Shown in pieces: positions 11,491-24,770 of a stretch of DNA of 64,000 nucleotides. The position numbers and the translations under genes were made by a program. The DNA lies in contig CATNEN010000039.1 in assembly GCA_950097015.1 (NCBI GenBank), forward strand, positions 2,852,001 through 2,916,000. The letters are read 5' to 3'. Within the stretch, counting starts at the first letter, position 1. Every line of letters begins with the position of its first letter. The DNA is from Macrostomum hystrix (taxonomy: Eukaryota; Animalia; Platyhelminthes). The notes beneath the pieces are model-generated. The model worked only from the letters and a program-made list of their open reading frames with translations, was not told where the DNA came from and searched no databases.

Positions 11491-14400
11491 TCAAACCAGG
11501 CTATCCTCACGAATCCATTGCAGTGCCTGAGGTGTAGCGTAGGAGATGATGATATTTGCACCTGCAGAAATTGAGAAATTGGATATAAATTAACATAGAA
11601 ATTGAGATCCACTAGAATTCAGCCTCACAGATAAACAAACTCCAGTCTGACACAGATAAACACACTCCAGTCTGACACAGAAAAAACCAACTCCAGTCTG
11701 ACACTGATAAACACACTCCAGTCTGACACAGAAAAAACCAACTCCAGTCTGACACTGATAAACACACTCCAGTCTGACACTGATAAACACACTCCAGTCT
11801 GACACAGAAAAAACCAACTCCAGTCTGACACTGATAAACACACTCCAGTCTGACACTGATAAACACACTCCAGTCTGACACAGATAAACACACTCCAGTC
11901 TGACACTGATAAACACACTCCAGTCTGACAGATAAACACACTCCAGTCTGACACAGATAAACACACTCCAGTCTGACACTGATAAACACACTCCAGTCTG
12001 ACACAGATAAACACACTCCAGTCTGACACTGATAAACACACTCCAGTCTGACACTGATAAACACACTCCAGTCTGACAGATAAACACACTCCAGTCTGAC
12101 ACTGATAAACACACTCCAGTCTGACACAGATAAACACACTCCAGTCTGACACAGATAAACACACTCCAGTCTGACACAGATAAACACACTCCAGTCTGAC
12201 ACAGAAAAAACCAACTCCAGTCTGACACTGATAAACACACTCCAGTCTGACACAGATAAACACACTCCAGTCTGACACAGATAAACACACTCCAGTCTGA
12301 CACAGAAAAAACCAACTCCAGTCTGACACAGATAAACACACTCCAGTCTGACACAGAAAAAACCAACTCCAGTCTGACACTGATAAACACACTCCAGTCT
12401 GACACTGATAAACACACTCCAGTCTGACAGATAAACACACTCCAGTCTGACACTGATAAACACACTCCAGTCTGACACAGATAAACACACTCCAGTCTGA
12501 CACTGATAAACACACTCCAGTCTGACAGATAAACACACTCCAGTCTGACACTGATAAACACACTCCAGTCTGACACAGATAAACACACTCCAGTCTGACA
12601 CAGATAAACACACTCCAGTCTGACACTGATAAACACACTCCAGTCTGACACAGATAAACACACTCCAGTCTGACACTGATAAACACACTCCAGTCTGACA
12701 CTGATAAACACACTCCAGTCTGACACAGATAAACACACTCCAGTCTGACACAGATAAACACACTCCAGTCTGACACAGATAAACACACTCCAGTCTGACA
12801 CAGATAAACACACTCCAGTCTGACACAGATAAACACACTCCAGTCTGACACTGATAAACACACTCCAGTCTGACACGGTTAAACACACTCCAGTCTGACA
12901 GATAAACACACTCCAGTCTGACACAGATAAACACACCCCAGTCTGACAGATAAACACACTTCAGTCTGACAGATAAACAAACTCCAGTCTGACACTGATA
13001 AACACACTCCAGTCTGACACTGATAAACACACTCCAGTCTGACACAGATAAACACACTCCAGTCTGACACTGATAAACACACTCCAGTCTGACACTGATA
13101 AACACACTCCAGTCTGACACAGATAAACACACTCCAGTCTGACACAGATAAACACACTCCAGTCTGACACAGATAAACACACTCCAGTCTGACACAGATA
13201 AACACACTCCAGTCTGACACAGATAAACACACTCCAGTCTGACACTGATAAACACACTCCAGTCTGACACGGTTAAACACACTCCAGTCTGACAGATAAA
13301 CACACTCCAGTCTGACACAGATAAACACACCCCAGTCTGACAGATAAACACACTTCAGTCTGACAGATAAACAAACTCCAGTCTGACACTGATAAACACA
13401 CTCCAGTCTGACACGGTTAAACACACTCCAGTCTGACACTGATAAACACACTCCAGTCTGACACTGATAAACACACTCCAGTCTGACACAGATAAACACA
13501 CTCCAGTCTGACACAGATAAACACACTCCAGTCTGACACTGATAAACACACTCCAGTCTGACACAGATAAACACACTCCAGTCTGACACAGATAAACACA
13601 CTCCAGTCTGACAGAGATAAACACACCCCAGTCTGACACAGATAAACAAACTCCAGTCTGACTCACCCGCTCGTAGCATGGAGCCGAAGACCTCCAAGGA
13701 GATGCGCTTGAAGTCGAAGGCCCCAGCCTTGGCGCCGTGCCAGAGCATGGCGAATTCCCCGGAGACATGATAGATTGCCAGCGGATGATTTGGGAACTGC
13801 AAAAACGGAGTCAAGGACCGTGGCCAAATGATTCAGCTAGTAGAATGATCTGCGAATTTTCATCTGCCAACCACAAATTTCAAAGTTATTGCTGAGAGCA
13901 AGGCCGAATAATTTTTACCTTTTGTCGCATCTGGCTAACAATGTCCAGATAGACAGTGCCCGGCTTCACCATCAACATGTCAGCACCTTCCGCTACGTCT
14001 CTTTCCTAGAAATACGAAATTATTAAGTCTAAAAATACCAATGTTTGATCAGAAAGAAGCACTTTTACAGCGCCATCGTCAAGTCAAAAAGGTTGACTTA
14101 CTGCGGCACGAAAAGCGAGCTGGGCAGAGCGGGACGGCAGCTGGTAGCAACTGCGATCGCCAAAGCTCGGAGCGCTCTGAGCCGCGTCCCTGCAGCACAA
14201 GTGGTGTGTTGCTGATTCTGGCTGTACCCGGCTTGGGCCTTGAGCGCATCCACGCACATCCATTATCCAGCATCCGCCCACGCAAATTTATTCCACTGCA
14301 TCCACCCTCCGACATCCTCTATTCCCTCTCCGACATCCTCTATTCCCTCTCCGACATCCCTTATTCCCTTTCCGACATCCTCAATTCCTTCTCCGACATC

Positions 14401-17063
14401 CTCAATTCCTTCTCCGACATCCTCTATTCCCTCTCCGACATCCGCCCACGCAACTCCCTCTCCGACATCCGCCCACGCAATTTTTATCTCCGACATCCTC
14501 TCTCCCATATCCTCACACTCTTATATCCTCATACCGAAACGGTCCGTAGAAGGCAGAAGCGAACTTGCACGCGTAGCTGAGCACAGCGACGCGATCCAGC
14601 AGGCCGCTCCGCTGTAGGGCGGCTTTGATCTCCATGACGCGGCCGTCCATCATGTCGGAGGGGGCAACAACATGCGCCCCGGCTCTGGCGTAGAGCAGAG
14701 CCGACTCAGCGATTCGCCGCGCGCTGGCGGCGCTGTCAATGCGACCGGTGGGGTCCAGCAGTCCGCAGTGGCCGTGGCTGGTGTAGGCGCACAGGCAGAC
14801 ATCGCAGGCGATCAACAGGTCGGGGTGCGCCTCCCGCAGCAGGGCTATGGCCGAGGGTATCGGGTTGCCCTCCTGGCTGGCGAGGGAGCCGACGGCGTCC
14901 TGGGGCGTCATGGGATAACTTTACCAGATATATTTTAGGGATCGCAATTGTCACCACATGCTTTGGATTCGAACTCCCGACCTACGAGTCAAAATTCCGA
15001 AGCTTTCTAACTACTGGACAACACGATGTTGAGAACATTGAGAAGAGGTAGTTCAGTATTCCACACAGGTTAAGCCTTCAACTGGTATTTAGCTGGTAAT
15101 AAACATACTCGTAGAAGCGATTTAGAAAAACGAAATGAAATCGATCTAACACAGGCTTTAGTTCAGTAAGGTACGGTAGGTTTGGCTTGTCACAAGCCGA
15201 ATAAATGATTAAACCAACACAAACCGCTATCTGTATTCATATAGTACCGTGCTCAATAGGAAATCACAATTCATAAGTAAATCAAAAAGCTCTCACACCA
15301 TAGCACTAAATTGACTGAGCAGGTGATTATAGTGGAGAAAGTTGTTTTGAATTTCTTCCATATCAAACAGAAACAGCAGACACGGAACTCAAAAAGGAAT
15401 CCCACCTGGCGCAAGGCTTAAATGCTCTTATTTTCATGAGTATGACAGATTGCTCACGAATGTCGTGTCATTCCAAGCAACGCAACTCCCTCACCGACAT
15501 CTGCCGATGCAAATCCCTCTCCGACATCCGCCCACGCAAGTCCACTCCGACATCCGCCCACGCAAGTCCACTCCGACATCCGCCTACGCAACTCACCCCC
15601 TCTCCGACATTCGCCCACGAAACTCCCTACCTCTCCGACATCCGACTATGCAATTCCCTCCCTCTCCGACATTCGCCTACGCAAGTCCACTCCGACATCC
15701 TCCTACGCAACTCACTCCCTCTCCGACATTCGCCTACGCAACTCCCTCCCTCTCCGACATCCGCCTACGCAACTCACTCCCTCTCCGACATCCGCCTACG
15801 CAAGTCCACTCCGACATCCTCCTACGCAACTCACTCCCTCTCCGACATCCGCCTACGCAACTCCCTCCCTCTCCGACATCCGCCTACGCAACTCCCTCCC
15901 TCTCCGACATCCGCCTACGAAAGTCCACTCCGACATCCTCCTACGCAACTCACTCCCTCTCCGACATCCGCCTACGCAAGTCCACTCCGACATCCTCCTA
16001 CGCAACTCACTCCCTCTCCGACATCCGCCTACGCAACTCCCTCCCTCTCCGACATCCGCCCATGCAACTCCCTCCCTCTCCGACATCCGCCCATGCAACT
16101 TCCATTCCGACATCCGCCCACGCAACTCCCTTTCCAACATCCATCCACGCTACTCCCCTTTGATATCCGCCCACGCAATTCCCTCCCTCTCCGACATCCG
16201 CCTACGCAACTCCCCTCCGACATCCGACACCCCTCTCCGAAGGTTTCTTCGATTCCCAAGATAAGACTCCTTCGATTCCCAAAGGTTATAATCCTTTAAT
16301 TCCCAGGATAAGACTCGTTTGATTTCCCAAGGTTAGATTCATTCGATTCCCAAGATAAGATTCTAACCTTCTAAGATCTGACCTCTTTTTACTTTACTAA
16401 ATGGCTAGAAACTCAGGTAATACCTTCTTCTCTGAGCCGGAAAGCACGCCGAACAGCAGCACAGATTTCAGGCCCGCAGCCATTGCAGGCGCCAGGTAGT
16501 CCAACAGGTGGCGCTGGCCGACCCGGCGCTGACCAGGCAAGCTGGCAATCTCCTCGTTTGCATCTGGATTGTCGCTGTGGTGGGGATTAAGACTAGCTTT
16601 ACTTGGAAAGAATCTATTCATTTGTCTGAAAAGACTGTCTCTTTGTTGCCCTGAATTTGCTTCCAACAAAATGACAAACTTTGACAAGCTTTATTCATTT
16701 GATTCCCAAAAATTTGATTATGACCACACATTCAACTAAATTTATTTGATTCTTGGCTTGATTTCTTTGAACTCACAAATTTAAATCCCTTTAGTTCCTT
16801 AATTTAGATTTATTCAATTCTCTAATTAAGTTTTATATTACTAGAAACAAAAAAAATATTTTTTAAAGTTACATCCCTAAAAAGGCATAAGTAGGTTTAA
16901 TAGCTTTAGAGGGATTGAGCAATTCCAAAATTTAAGCAACTTACCTAACAAAAACTGGATAGACAAATGTATAAGCAGAGAATGCATTCAGATTGCAGGC
17001 CCATTGCTGCAGTACAGGGTGGCCATAGGATGAGTGCAACTGATGAGAGAATCCTTTGTTCAT
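11491..17063 (-). CDS. ALAD: Delta-aminolevulinic acid dehydratase (porphobilinogen synthase), 7 coding exons, 336 aa
   Basis: Exons 17063-16945, 16574-16424, 14899-14535, 14189-14102, 14005-13919, 13796-13667, 11561-11491; all GT-AG with consistent phases (1011 nt). Motifs: LHSSYGHP, Zn site [70 protein letters not shown]. Confidence 0.96.
11625..13666. repeat. 25-bp minisatellite (CTGACACWGATAAACACACTCCAGT)n with 23-bp variants, ~80 copies, filling ALAD intron 6
   Basis: Direct periodicity; the Cys/Val-rich minus-strand ORFs here are translated repeat. Confidence 0.96.
14305..14500. repeat. 21-bp minisatellite (CCCTCTCCGACATCCTCTATT)n in ALAD intron 3
   Basis: About 8 copies; shares the CTCCGACATCC core with the 15480-16230 array. 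Confidence 0.9.
14958..15026 (-). mobile_element. tRNA-like SINE head fragment
   Basis: Minus strand reads GTCCAGTAGTTAG...GGTCGGGAGTTCGAATCC (A/B-box-like), similar to the head at 46980-47040. Confidence 0.5.
15480..16230. repeat. Compound 26/31-bp minisatellite with core CTCCGACATCCGCCTACGCAA in ALAD intron 2
   Basis: Interspersed ...GCAAGTCCA (26 bp) and ...GCAACTCMCTCCCT (31 bp) units. Confidence 0.93.
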
Positions 17064-17214
17064 GTTATTGCTGAAGTAAAATGTTTTAATTGTATTAGCT
17101 ATAAAAATATAATCAATGTATCTATAGCAAGCTCTAAGACTAATTCAAACAGTTTTGTCAATATGCACATGCAAGTTATTATTTATTAGCTAGGCCTACA
17201 TCTATATTGTGTTG

Positions 17215-17400
17215 GGGGGGTGAGTGGCAGAGCAGTTATCATGTTTGCCTCTCGCACCACGGTCCCTAAGTTTGATTCTAGGGCGAGGCCACATTTATTT
17301 GGGGTGCAGCTGCGGAGAGAAGGCTTTGGGGCTTGTCATGCAATTGACACCCTTGAGGGCCAACCTCCAAGACACAGTGAAGTGTACATTGCCTGACGAT
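17215..17400 (+). mobile_element. Degenerate tRNA-derived SINE-like sequence
   Basis: TGGCAGAGCAGTTA (A-box-like) and AGTTTGATTC (B-box-like) at plausible spacing, in a GC-richer island. Confidence 0.35.
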
Positions 17401-19654
17401 GAGAAAGTCAGAGCAGATGTACACACCTGTGTGAGCGTATGCCTGTGTACAGTATTTGTGTGTGTGTGCTCAGGAGTCAGCGAAATTGGGAAGAATTGCC
17501 TCCTTGCTGGCTGCGCGTCTAGTGTCACTAAATGATGTGCCATTGCCTGCAGCCCTCCTATAATTATTATTATTATTATTATATTGTGTCTTTACAATGC
17601 TGTCACCCTTAACTAGTAGGCCTAGCAAAGACTTTTTAATTGATTGATACATTGAAAGGAACATACCTAATATTGCATTCTGTGCATAAAAACAAATATC
17701 AATGCTTATGTCTGATTTAGTTTCTTGTTTTCTATTGCCTATAAATATAATATTTAATGGAGCTGACAATAGTAAAATAGCCAAATTAGCAGAAAAGCAG
17801 TAATAAAAATTTGAAAAATAACAAAATATAGGTAGTTGAAACTTTCAAAATTTGTTGAAAATTGCATGTTTTTTACTTTTATAATTAGGCATGTAGGCCC
17901 TATCTTTTAGCTAGCAAGATCTCAAAATAAAAGAAAATTAATAATCACATGAATGAAATTAAATCAAATTATATAGACAATATAGGCTTAACCATACTTC
18001 CAAAAACAATAGTCAATATACAAACATGTTATGCAATAAACTGATAAGATGGCACATTATAGGGCCTAGTATACACAATTGTTGGAGTTTCCTGTTTCAG
18101 TTATAATAGAATGTATGCTATAACACTTACTGTAAAATTCTGCAAACTAAAACATTTAAATATTATTCATAACTTGCCGCCTAAAACGCACAGCGGTACC
18201 TGTAACCTGTAAGCTCAGCTCAGGTTCACAAATATGCAATTGCCTCAGATGATAGTAGATTTTTTTAGAAAAAGTTTGGAAATTAATAAAGGTCGGCAGT
18301 CGCCGCAGTCTTATGATGAAAGTGTGACTCCTGCCAGTTTTTTTGCTATATATTTGTGTCAGAACTGACTCGCGTCGCGTCTCGCAATTTTGTTAAGTGC
18401 ACGCTTTTCGGAAAAAGTGAACTTTAAAAAATAAATTCTAGGAAATCAGAATAACGAAAAATACTATGTGTTACAGCTTCAGTGTTTCATATACTTTATT
18501 ATCCCAAAAAGTTGTTTTAAAATATATATAATTTAGAACCCATAGAAAGATTAACTAATTAAAATAACTACGATGCACTGCAGATGTACTTTAAATTTAC
18601 ATTCCAATTTTTGAGAGACAATTATGTCTAAGGAATGTTCCCTCCTTCAATTATAATTGAGTTTTCAAGCAAGCAGTTAAGACCTTTGCTTTTAGTCTCC
18701 CATATGGGTTAAAACGCTGTGTATCGTGGTGGTCAGGCACCACCACGGACCTGGGTGCGTCACCACGGATTTAAGGGGTCCACGGATTTAAGGGATTTAA
18801 TTCCATTAGGAATTAATTTGGCGGCCACATGGACTTGATCATCTTTAAATGGTGTCGAGATTTACTGAACATAGCCTTAAACTCTGACTTCCGATGAACC
18901 CTCCATTGTCAAACTCTTAAACCTTTTTGTTTATTTTTTTGCTGCGATCTGCAGTTGCAAATTGCAATAATGCATGCGCAGTTAACTAATTGCAATACAT
19001 GGGTGTAAAACTTAATTTGTCAGTCTTATTTATGCCGCACACCTTATCATGGACGCGTGCGATGTGGGCAGGGACTAAGTTGTCAGTTTTGTACGCTAGC
19101 AAACGTACTTATCAGTCTCTCTACTCGATTCTGCACTCGCCCAAAGCTAAAGCCGTAATTACGAGGCCAGCACGAATGCTGTCTAAAAGTTAAAAAATCA
19201 GCGAGAAAAAAATTCAACGTCTCTCTGTACCGTGAGCACTTACACTGTAAATTCGCTTACCAAAACCTTTACCTGCAGGTGAGCTCCAGATTTCCTTTTG
19301 TGTATTGTGAGACTCGGAGCGAATCCATTATATTAGTTCACTTATACGTCAAGGTAAAGTAATATTTCTTTGTGCTGAAAAATATACATAAATTGAATTA
19401 ATATAGCCAATGTATAGTGCGTTTTAATGGCGTAAAGTTTTCTGGAATAAAAATGCTCCTGCAATTCGCTTCTATCAGGCTCCGGTCTTACCGATAGAAT
19501 TTTGGAACACCCTCGAATATTTGACTATTTTGTTCTTTGGAACAAGAACATGTAGTTGCAGATACTCATGTGGTAGATAAAAGAAATTTAGTTCAAATAC
19601 AACAAACTTTTTGGGAATAATGGTCCTGCATGCTTTATGTCTAGCATTGCATCA

Positions 19655-20352
19655 ATGTGAAGCATGGCTTTGGTGTGAAGCATGGCTTTGGTGTGAAGCA
19701 TGGCTTTAGTGTGAAGCATGGCTTTGGTGTGAAGCATATGGCTTTGGTGTGAAGCATATGGCTTTGGTGTGAAGCATATGGCTTTGGTGTGAAGCATGGC
19801 TTTGGTGTGAAGCATATGGCTTTGGTGTGAAGCATGGCTTTGGTGTGAAGCATATGGCTTTGGTGTGAAGCATATGGCTTTGGTGTGAAGCATGGCTTTG
19901 GTGTGAAGCATATGGCTTTGGTGTGAAGCATATGGCTTTGGTGTGAAGCATATGGCTTTGGTGTGAAGCATATGGCTTTGGTGTGAAGCATATGGCTTTG
20001 GTGTGAAGCATGGCTTTGGTGTGAAGCATATGGCTTTGGTGTGAAGCATATGGCTTTGGTGTGAAGCATATGGCTTTGGTGTGAAGCATATGGCTTTGGT
20101 GTGAAGCATGGCTTTGGTGTGAAGCATGGCTTTGGTGTGAAGCATGGCTTTGGTGTGAAGCATGGCTTTGGTGTGAAGCATATGGCTTTGGTGTGAAGCA
20201 TGGCTTTGGTGTGAAGCATATGGCTTTGGTGTGAAGCATATGGCTTTGGTGTGAAGCACATGGCTTTGGTGAGAAGCATATGGCTTTGGTGTGAAGCATG
20301 GCTTTGGTGTGACTTTTGCTTTGGTGTGAAGCATGGCTTCTTTAGTGTGAAG
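19655..20352. repeat. 18/20-bp minisatellite (GTGAAGCAT[AT]GGCTTTGGT)n, ~36 copies, ending ~40 bp before the hydrolase ATG
   Basis: Direct periodicity; two unit lengths are interspersed. Confidence 0.95.
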
Positions 20353-20391
20353 CAAAAGTCGATAAGCTCTGAACCTTTGCCGTCCAAAGGA

Positions 20392-21800
20392 ATGTCTTCA
20401 GTAACACCAGACGATGCCTGCTGCCGCCAGGGCACTCCTGTGGAGCACCAAGCTGGCGCGGCAGTGGGCAGTGTCCAGCAGCTGCAGGCAACCGGTGGCG
20501 CCCTTCCGTTGCCAATTTACCAAACTGGTGCCGGGCGTCGAGTGGGCATTGTCGCCGCCTATGACATCTTCGGCTTCGAGGTGGAGCAGACTCGGTTGTT
20601 CTGCGATGAGTTGGCGGACGCGGTCGACGGCACGGTGGTCATGCCGGATTACTTTCGCGGCCAGGCGTGGAAGCAATTTCCGATTGAGGATCAGGTGCTT
20701 CGAGAGTAGTATCACCTGCTTTTAATAATCATCTGTCTGTCTACAATGTATTCTAGACAGTTTAGCAGTAGAAAGACTTCGCTATTCCCCCCAGGGGAAT
20801 AAGTAAGCATCATCGAAATATTCAGTGATTCTTGCCGAAGACCCTGGTGACAAGGACAAATATTGGTTCAAAAGTGTATAAATGATCAATGCAATGAATA
20901 CAATAGTAGCCGAAATGATTTTATGATCTATTATAATTTTGTGAGCAGAAAACGTTTACCGATATTGGTGGTTTTTGCCACCAGACACCCTGACGAGAAT
21001 CGTTGAATATCTCGGCGATGCCGATGCTTTGAGATTCTGGAAGTAGTTTCATCGGATAGTCCGTTTTCTGAATCTTCGTGGCAATCGGCAGAATATTTTA
21101 GGAGATGCAGAAAAAAAATGTTTCTGCCATTAGAAACTCGTCTCCGTTTTACGCTGGCAGGTAAAATGATGCCATGATCCTAATCGAATGGTACATGAAG
21201 GTTAAAAAGGCTCTGAGCCAAATTAAAGTTGAATTGGAGCGTCAAACTCGTTACACAGGCGGCCTTCTTCAATTGGATCGGCGAGGTGGCCGACGCGAAC
21301 AAAGCGGTGCGAGACACTTTTGAAACTGTCGCTCCGCACATGCGCCAGTTGCTTGGCAACGACTGCCCACTGGCCATCATCGGCTTCTGCTGGGGCGGCT
21401 GGGTGGTGGCCGTCAGCCTCGCCGACCCTGCCAACCCGTTCGCCTGCGGCGTCGGCCTGCATCCGTCGCGCCAGTCGGCTGAGGACATTGCCAAGATTCG
21501 GGCGCCGATTGCGCTGTTCCCGGCCGAGAATGATCCGGAGATGGCCGGGTTTCTGGACGCCATTCCAGACAGGTAAATCGCAGGTGCATGGCTCACACGT
21601 GGGGCTCGTCTAGCAAAGAATCGCACAACTCTTACAGGGAACTGGCCGCCAGGTGTTTGCACAAGCGATTCCCAGGTGTCCAGCACGGATTCTGCACCAA
21701 GCGGTCCGACCGGCAGAAGCCGGACACGCTGGCCAAAGTTAGGGAGGCCAATCGGGACACGGCGGAGTTCATCTTGGACCGGACCTGGGTGAAGGGCTGA
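20392..21800 (+). CDS. Dienelactone hydrolase family protein (carboxymethylenebutenolidase-like), 3 exons, 259 aa
   Basis: Exons 20392-20694, 21259-21572, 21638-21800 (GT-AG, phases 0 and 2). Motifs YDIFG, VVMPDYFRG, nucleophile elbow GFCWGG, AEND, QHGF give the Cys-Asp-His triad. Confidence 0.9.
20804..21029. mobile_element. Degenerate MITE-like inverted repeat in hydrolase intron 1
   Basis: AAGCATCATCGAAATATTCAGTGATTCTTGCC...CTGGTGACAA (20804-20852) is an imperfect reverse complement of TTGCCACCAG...GAGAATCGTTGAATATCTCGGCGATG (20975-21029). Confidence 0.5.
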
Positions 21801-24059
21801 ATGCTTTGATCCTCGTCAACTGCTTCATGCATGGGCCGTAATTTACTTGCTTGTATTTTTGCATAGCCATCGGTGGCAGTCTGTACAAGAACAGATTTGG
21901 CACCAATTCAAATTTCGACAATTTAACGCAGGAAACTAGTGGATTTCCGCAATCGGTTCTGCGTCTTCCGTTTTTTATACAACAAATCTAATTCGAAGAT
22001 GATTGTTTTAAAGTTGCGGCCACCAGAAAATAGCATCGAACATTCCTTAGCTAAATTAAAATATACCTTATATATTAATCAATTCCACATTTTATACAAT
22101 GTTTCTCGTTTTTGCGCTAAAAACACCCACGATAAATACATTTTTAAACAAATTTCTGAGATTTTTTTTTATTATTTAGATCGTATTTTCCTGAAATTCT
22201 TGTGTGTGGGTTTTAACTCCCTTATATTTCCCCAGCACAATGTCCGGGGTGAGCCTGACGAGTTTTCCGCGTGTTTAACTGTCCACGTGAGTCGATATTT
22301 GAGCAGACTGGAGAGCAAGACTGCGGGAAGAAAAACAAGGAAAGGGAATGTGGGAGATTACCTCGTATCTGCTGCTCCGGCGCTCAGCTCTGCCAATCAA
22401 TCCTGCTGGGAAAATTGTCTAGTTCTTTAGCGACGCGAACCCTGGCGCTGAGTAGAGACACGGAGCTTAGAGAGGGAGCTGCGGACTTGGCCCAGTCTGA
22501 GTATCTCTTTGATAATTAGCAGGGCTTTGCGTACAACTCGTTAGTAGACTGGAGGATGCGGACATCGACCCTCCTCTATCCGGGCTTTCAGCTCCTCCTT
22601 CTGCAGTCGCTTTGTCTCCATGCCAGTCCAAAGTTGCGTGATTTTGAGCACACCACATTTGAGCCGCTCGCTCTTGAACTGAAGGGAGTTTTTATGAATA
22701 AAAAAGTGTTGGCTGAGGCCACAGATCCGCATTGGAGATGGCCATTGCCCAGGCTGTGCTAACAAAAGTCTGGAAACTGGAAACCGAAGCGGACCTCCGG
22801 CAATAGTACCGCCCACCAACCAATGCCCCACGGGAAGGCCCCACTTTCTCAGCTTAGCCCGATCCGGCCTACTCCCCTTTTCCCCTGAGGGGAGACGGAA
22901 GCTGGGGGGAAGCGGGAGCTGAGGCTGAGGCGGGACTTGGCAAGGAGCCAAAAAATCGAGTCGCTCGCCAGCTCGATCGTGACTTTCTGCCCTTGTGCTC
23001 GATTCGCCCGCCAGCAGCGACTTCCTGTTTGCGGAGCGCTTGTCAGCGACTGTGAGCAGTAGCAGCTCATGCACTCCAGCTGATGGCCTGAATTCGCTGC
23101 TAAAATGTTTGCTGGTGAAGTATTACTGACTGAAGATTTGATGAGTGCGCCCGGATTTTAGAGGCATGAAGCAGTAGTGGATTGGATAAAAGTGCATTTG
23201 TTACCTGTAGAGAAGGTGAAGCCTGCCTATGTCAAACATGTTTCTGATACTCGTAGTTACTGGCGAATGGCAAGCTATTCCCTGTTTAATTCCTGGCTGA
23301 TATTACTCAGTGCAGGCGTCCATCAGATTCTCTTTGACCAAATAGGGCCACATTCTGATCTCTTCCCAATACTTCTCGTCCAATGACATGCCGTTTGGCA
23401 GCGATCTTGTGACTGCAGCCACCCCACCTCCGCGTGCTCCACCGGCCCAAAGAATTCGAACCAAGGTACTCTGTTGGGATGACAGGACTGCAAGTCGAAG
23501 TTCAGCTGTTCTCAGATTCACCATGCAGAGCTGTCGCTCTCTAATATCTGCTCAAATGTGACAATGAGACTCAGCAACACTGCCGCAGGAACTTTCAGGA
23601 CAAGTTTTGGTTAGAGATCACCGCTACACCCGCCTACCCAGCTGCACTGAGGATGGCTAGCCGCGCTGATTCAATTAGGCTCAAACATTTTGCTTACCTG
23701 TCCGTTGCTTCAGGTGTCATCTGAAACAGACGACGTGAGTACTTTATCTCTGATGCTTGAAAGTTGCTGGTATGCTCTTCGATCTGGGATTTCGAAATGC
23801 TCATCTAATTATGCAAATTCTTGTATTCTAGACCAGTGTTGTTTGGCCATGAAAGACGAAATATATATTAGTTGAGTTTGCTTTGACTTTCTTCAGATGC
23901 CTCAGTTTAACTCATCCCTGAAGTCATTCTTTCAATATGATGCTTCATTATATTCTGCTTGGGCGGCTAAAAGTTGAAAAATTACGCAAAACATAATCTT
24001 TTGAGTAGCATGGTTGGAATGTTAAAAAATTTTCGTAAAACGATTTTTCAGTGCCTCTG

Positions 24060-24770
24060 AACCTTCAAGACCTCCAATCCTTCAGGATCTCCATTCTTCA
24101 GGATCTCCAATCCTTCAGGATCTCCAATCCTTGAGGACCTCCAATCCTTCAGGACCTCCAATCCTTCAGGATCTCCATTCTTCAGGACCTCCAATCCTTC
24201 AGGATCTCCAATCCTTGAGGACCTCCAATCCTTCAGGACCTCCAATCCTTCAGGACCCCAATCCTTCAGGACCTCCAATCCTTCAGGACCCATAGTTCAT
24301 CCCAGATCCTATTGTTGAAACCCAGACCCCATCGCTTAATCCCAGATGCCATTGGTTAATCCTGGATCATCTTCGTTAGTCCCGGAACCCAATTTTTTCC
24401 AAGATCCTATAGTGTATTCTCAGATCTCATTGTCTAATCCAAGATCATACTTTTTAAATCCCAGATCCCATTGTTTAACCCACATCCCAATGGGTATTTC
24501 CATAACCTATTGTATATTCCAATGCCCTATTATTTAATCGAGTATGCCATTGTTTAATCCCAAAACCCATTGCCTTATCCCAGATCCCATTGCATAATTC
24601 CGAATTTCCAGATCCCATCGGTTAATCTCAGATCTTAAATACTTAATCCCATTTTTTAATTCCGTGTTCCATTGGATAATCCTCGATCCCATTGTTAAAT
24701 CCCAGACCCCATTGCATAATTCCGAATTTCCAGATCCCATTAGTTAATCCCAGATCCCATTGTTTAGATC
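24060..24770. repeat. Two adjacent minisatellites: 17-bp (CCAATCCTTCAGGAYCT)n at 24060-24292 and a degenerate ~20-22-bp (AATCCCAGATCCCATTGTTT)n at 24295-24770
   Basis: Direct periodicity; the second array is much more diverged. Confidence 0.85.

Noticed and set aside
9790-13660. Long ORFs of 400-580 aa (LLRNPLS; [12 protein letters not shown]...)
   Set aside because: Translations of stop-free tandem repeats in intergenic or intronic DNA, open in several frames at once.
14958-15026. Possible tRNA gene
   Set aside because: No acceptor stem or complete cloverleaf; matches the SINE heads elsewhere in the window.
22240-23850. GC-richer block with several short ORFs, possibly a decayed retroelement or gene
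   Set aside because: No recognisable domain, splice structure or terminal repeat. Would need BLASTX or a repeat library.
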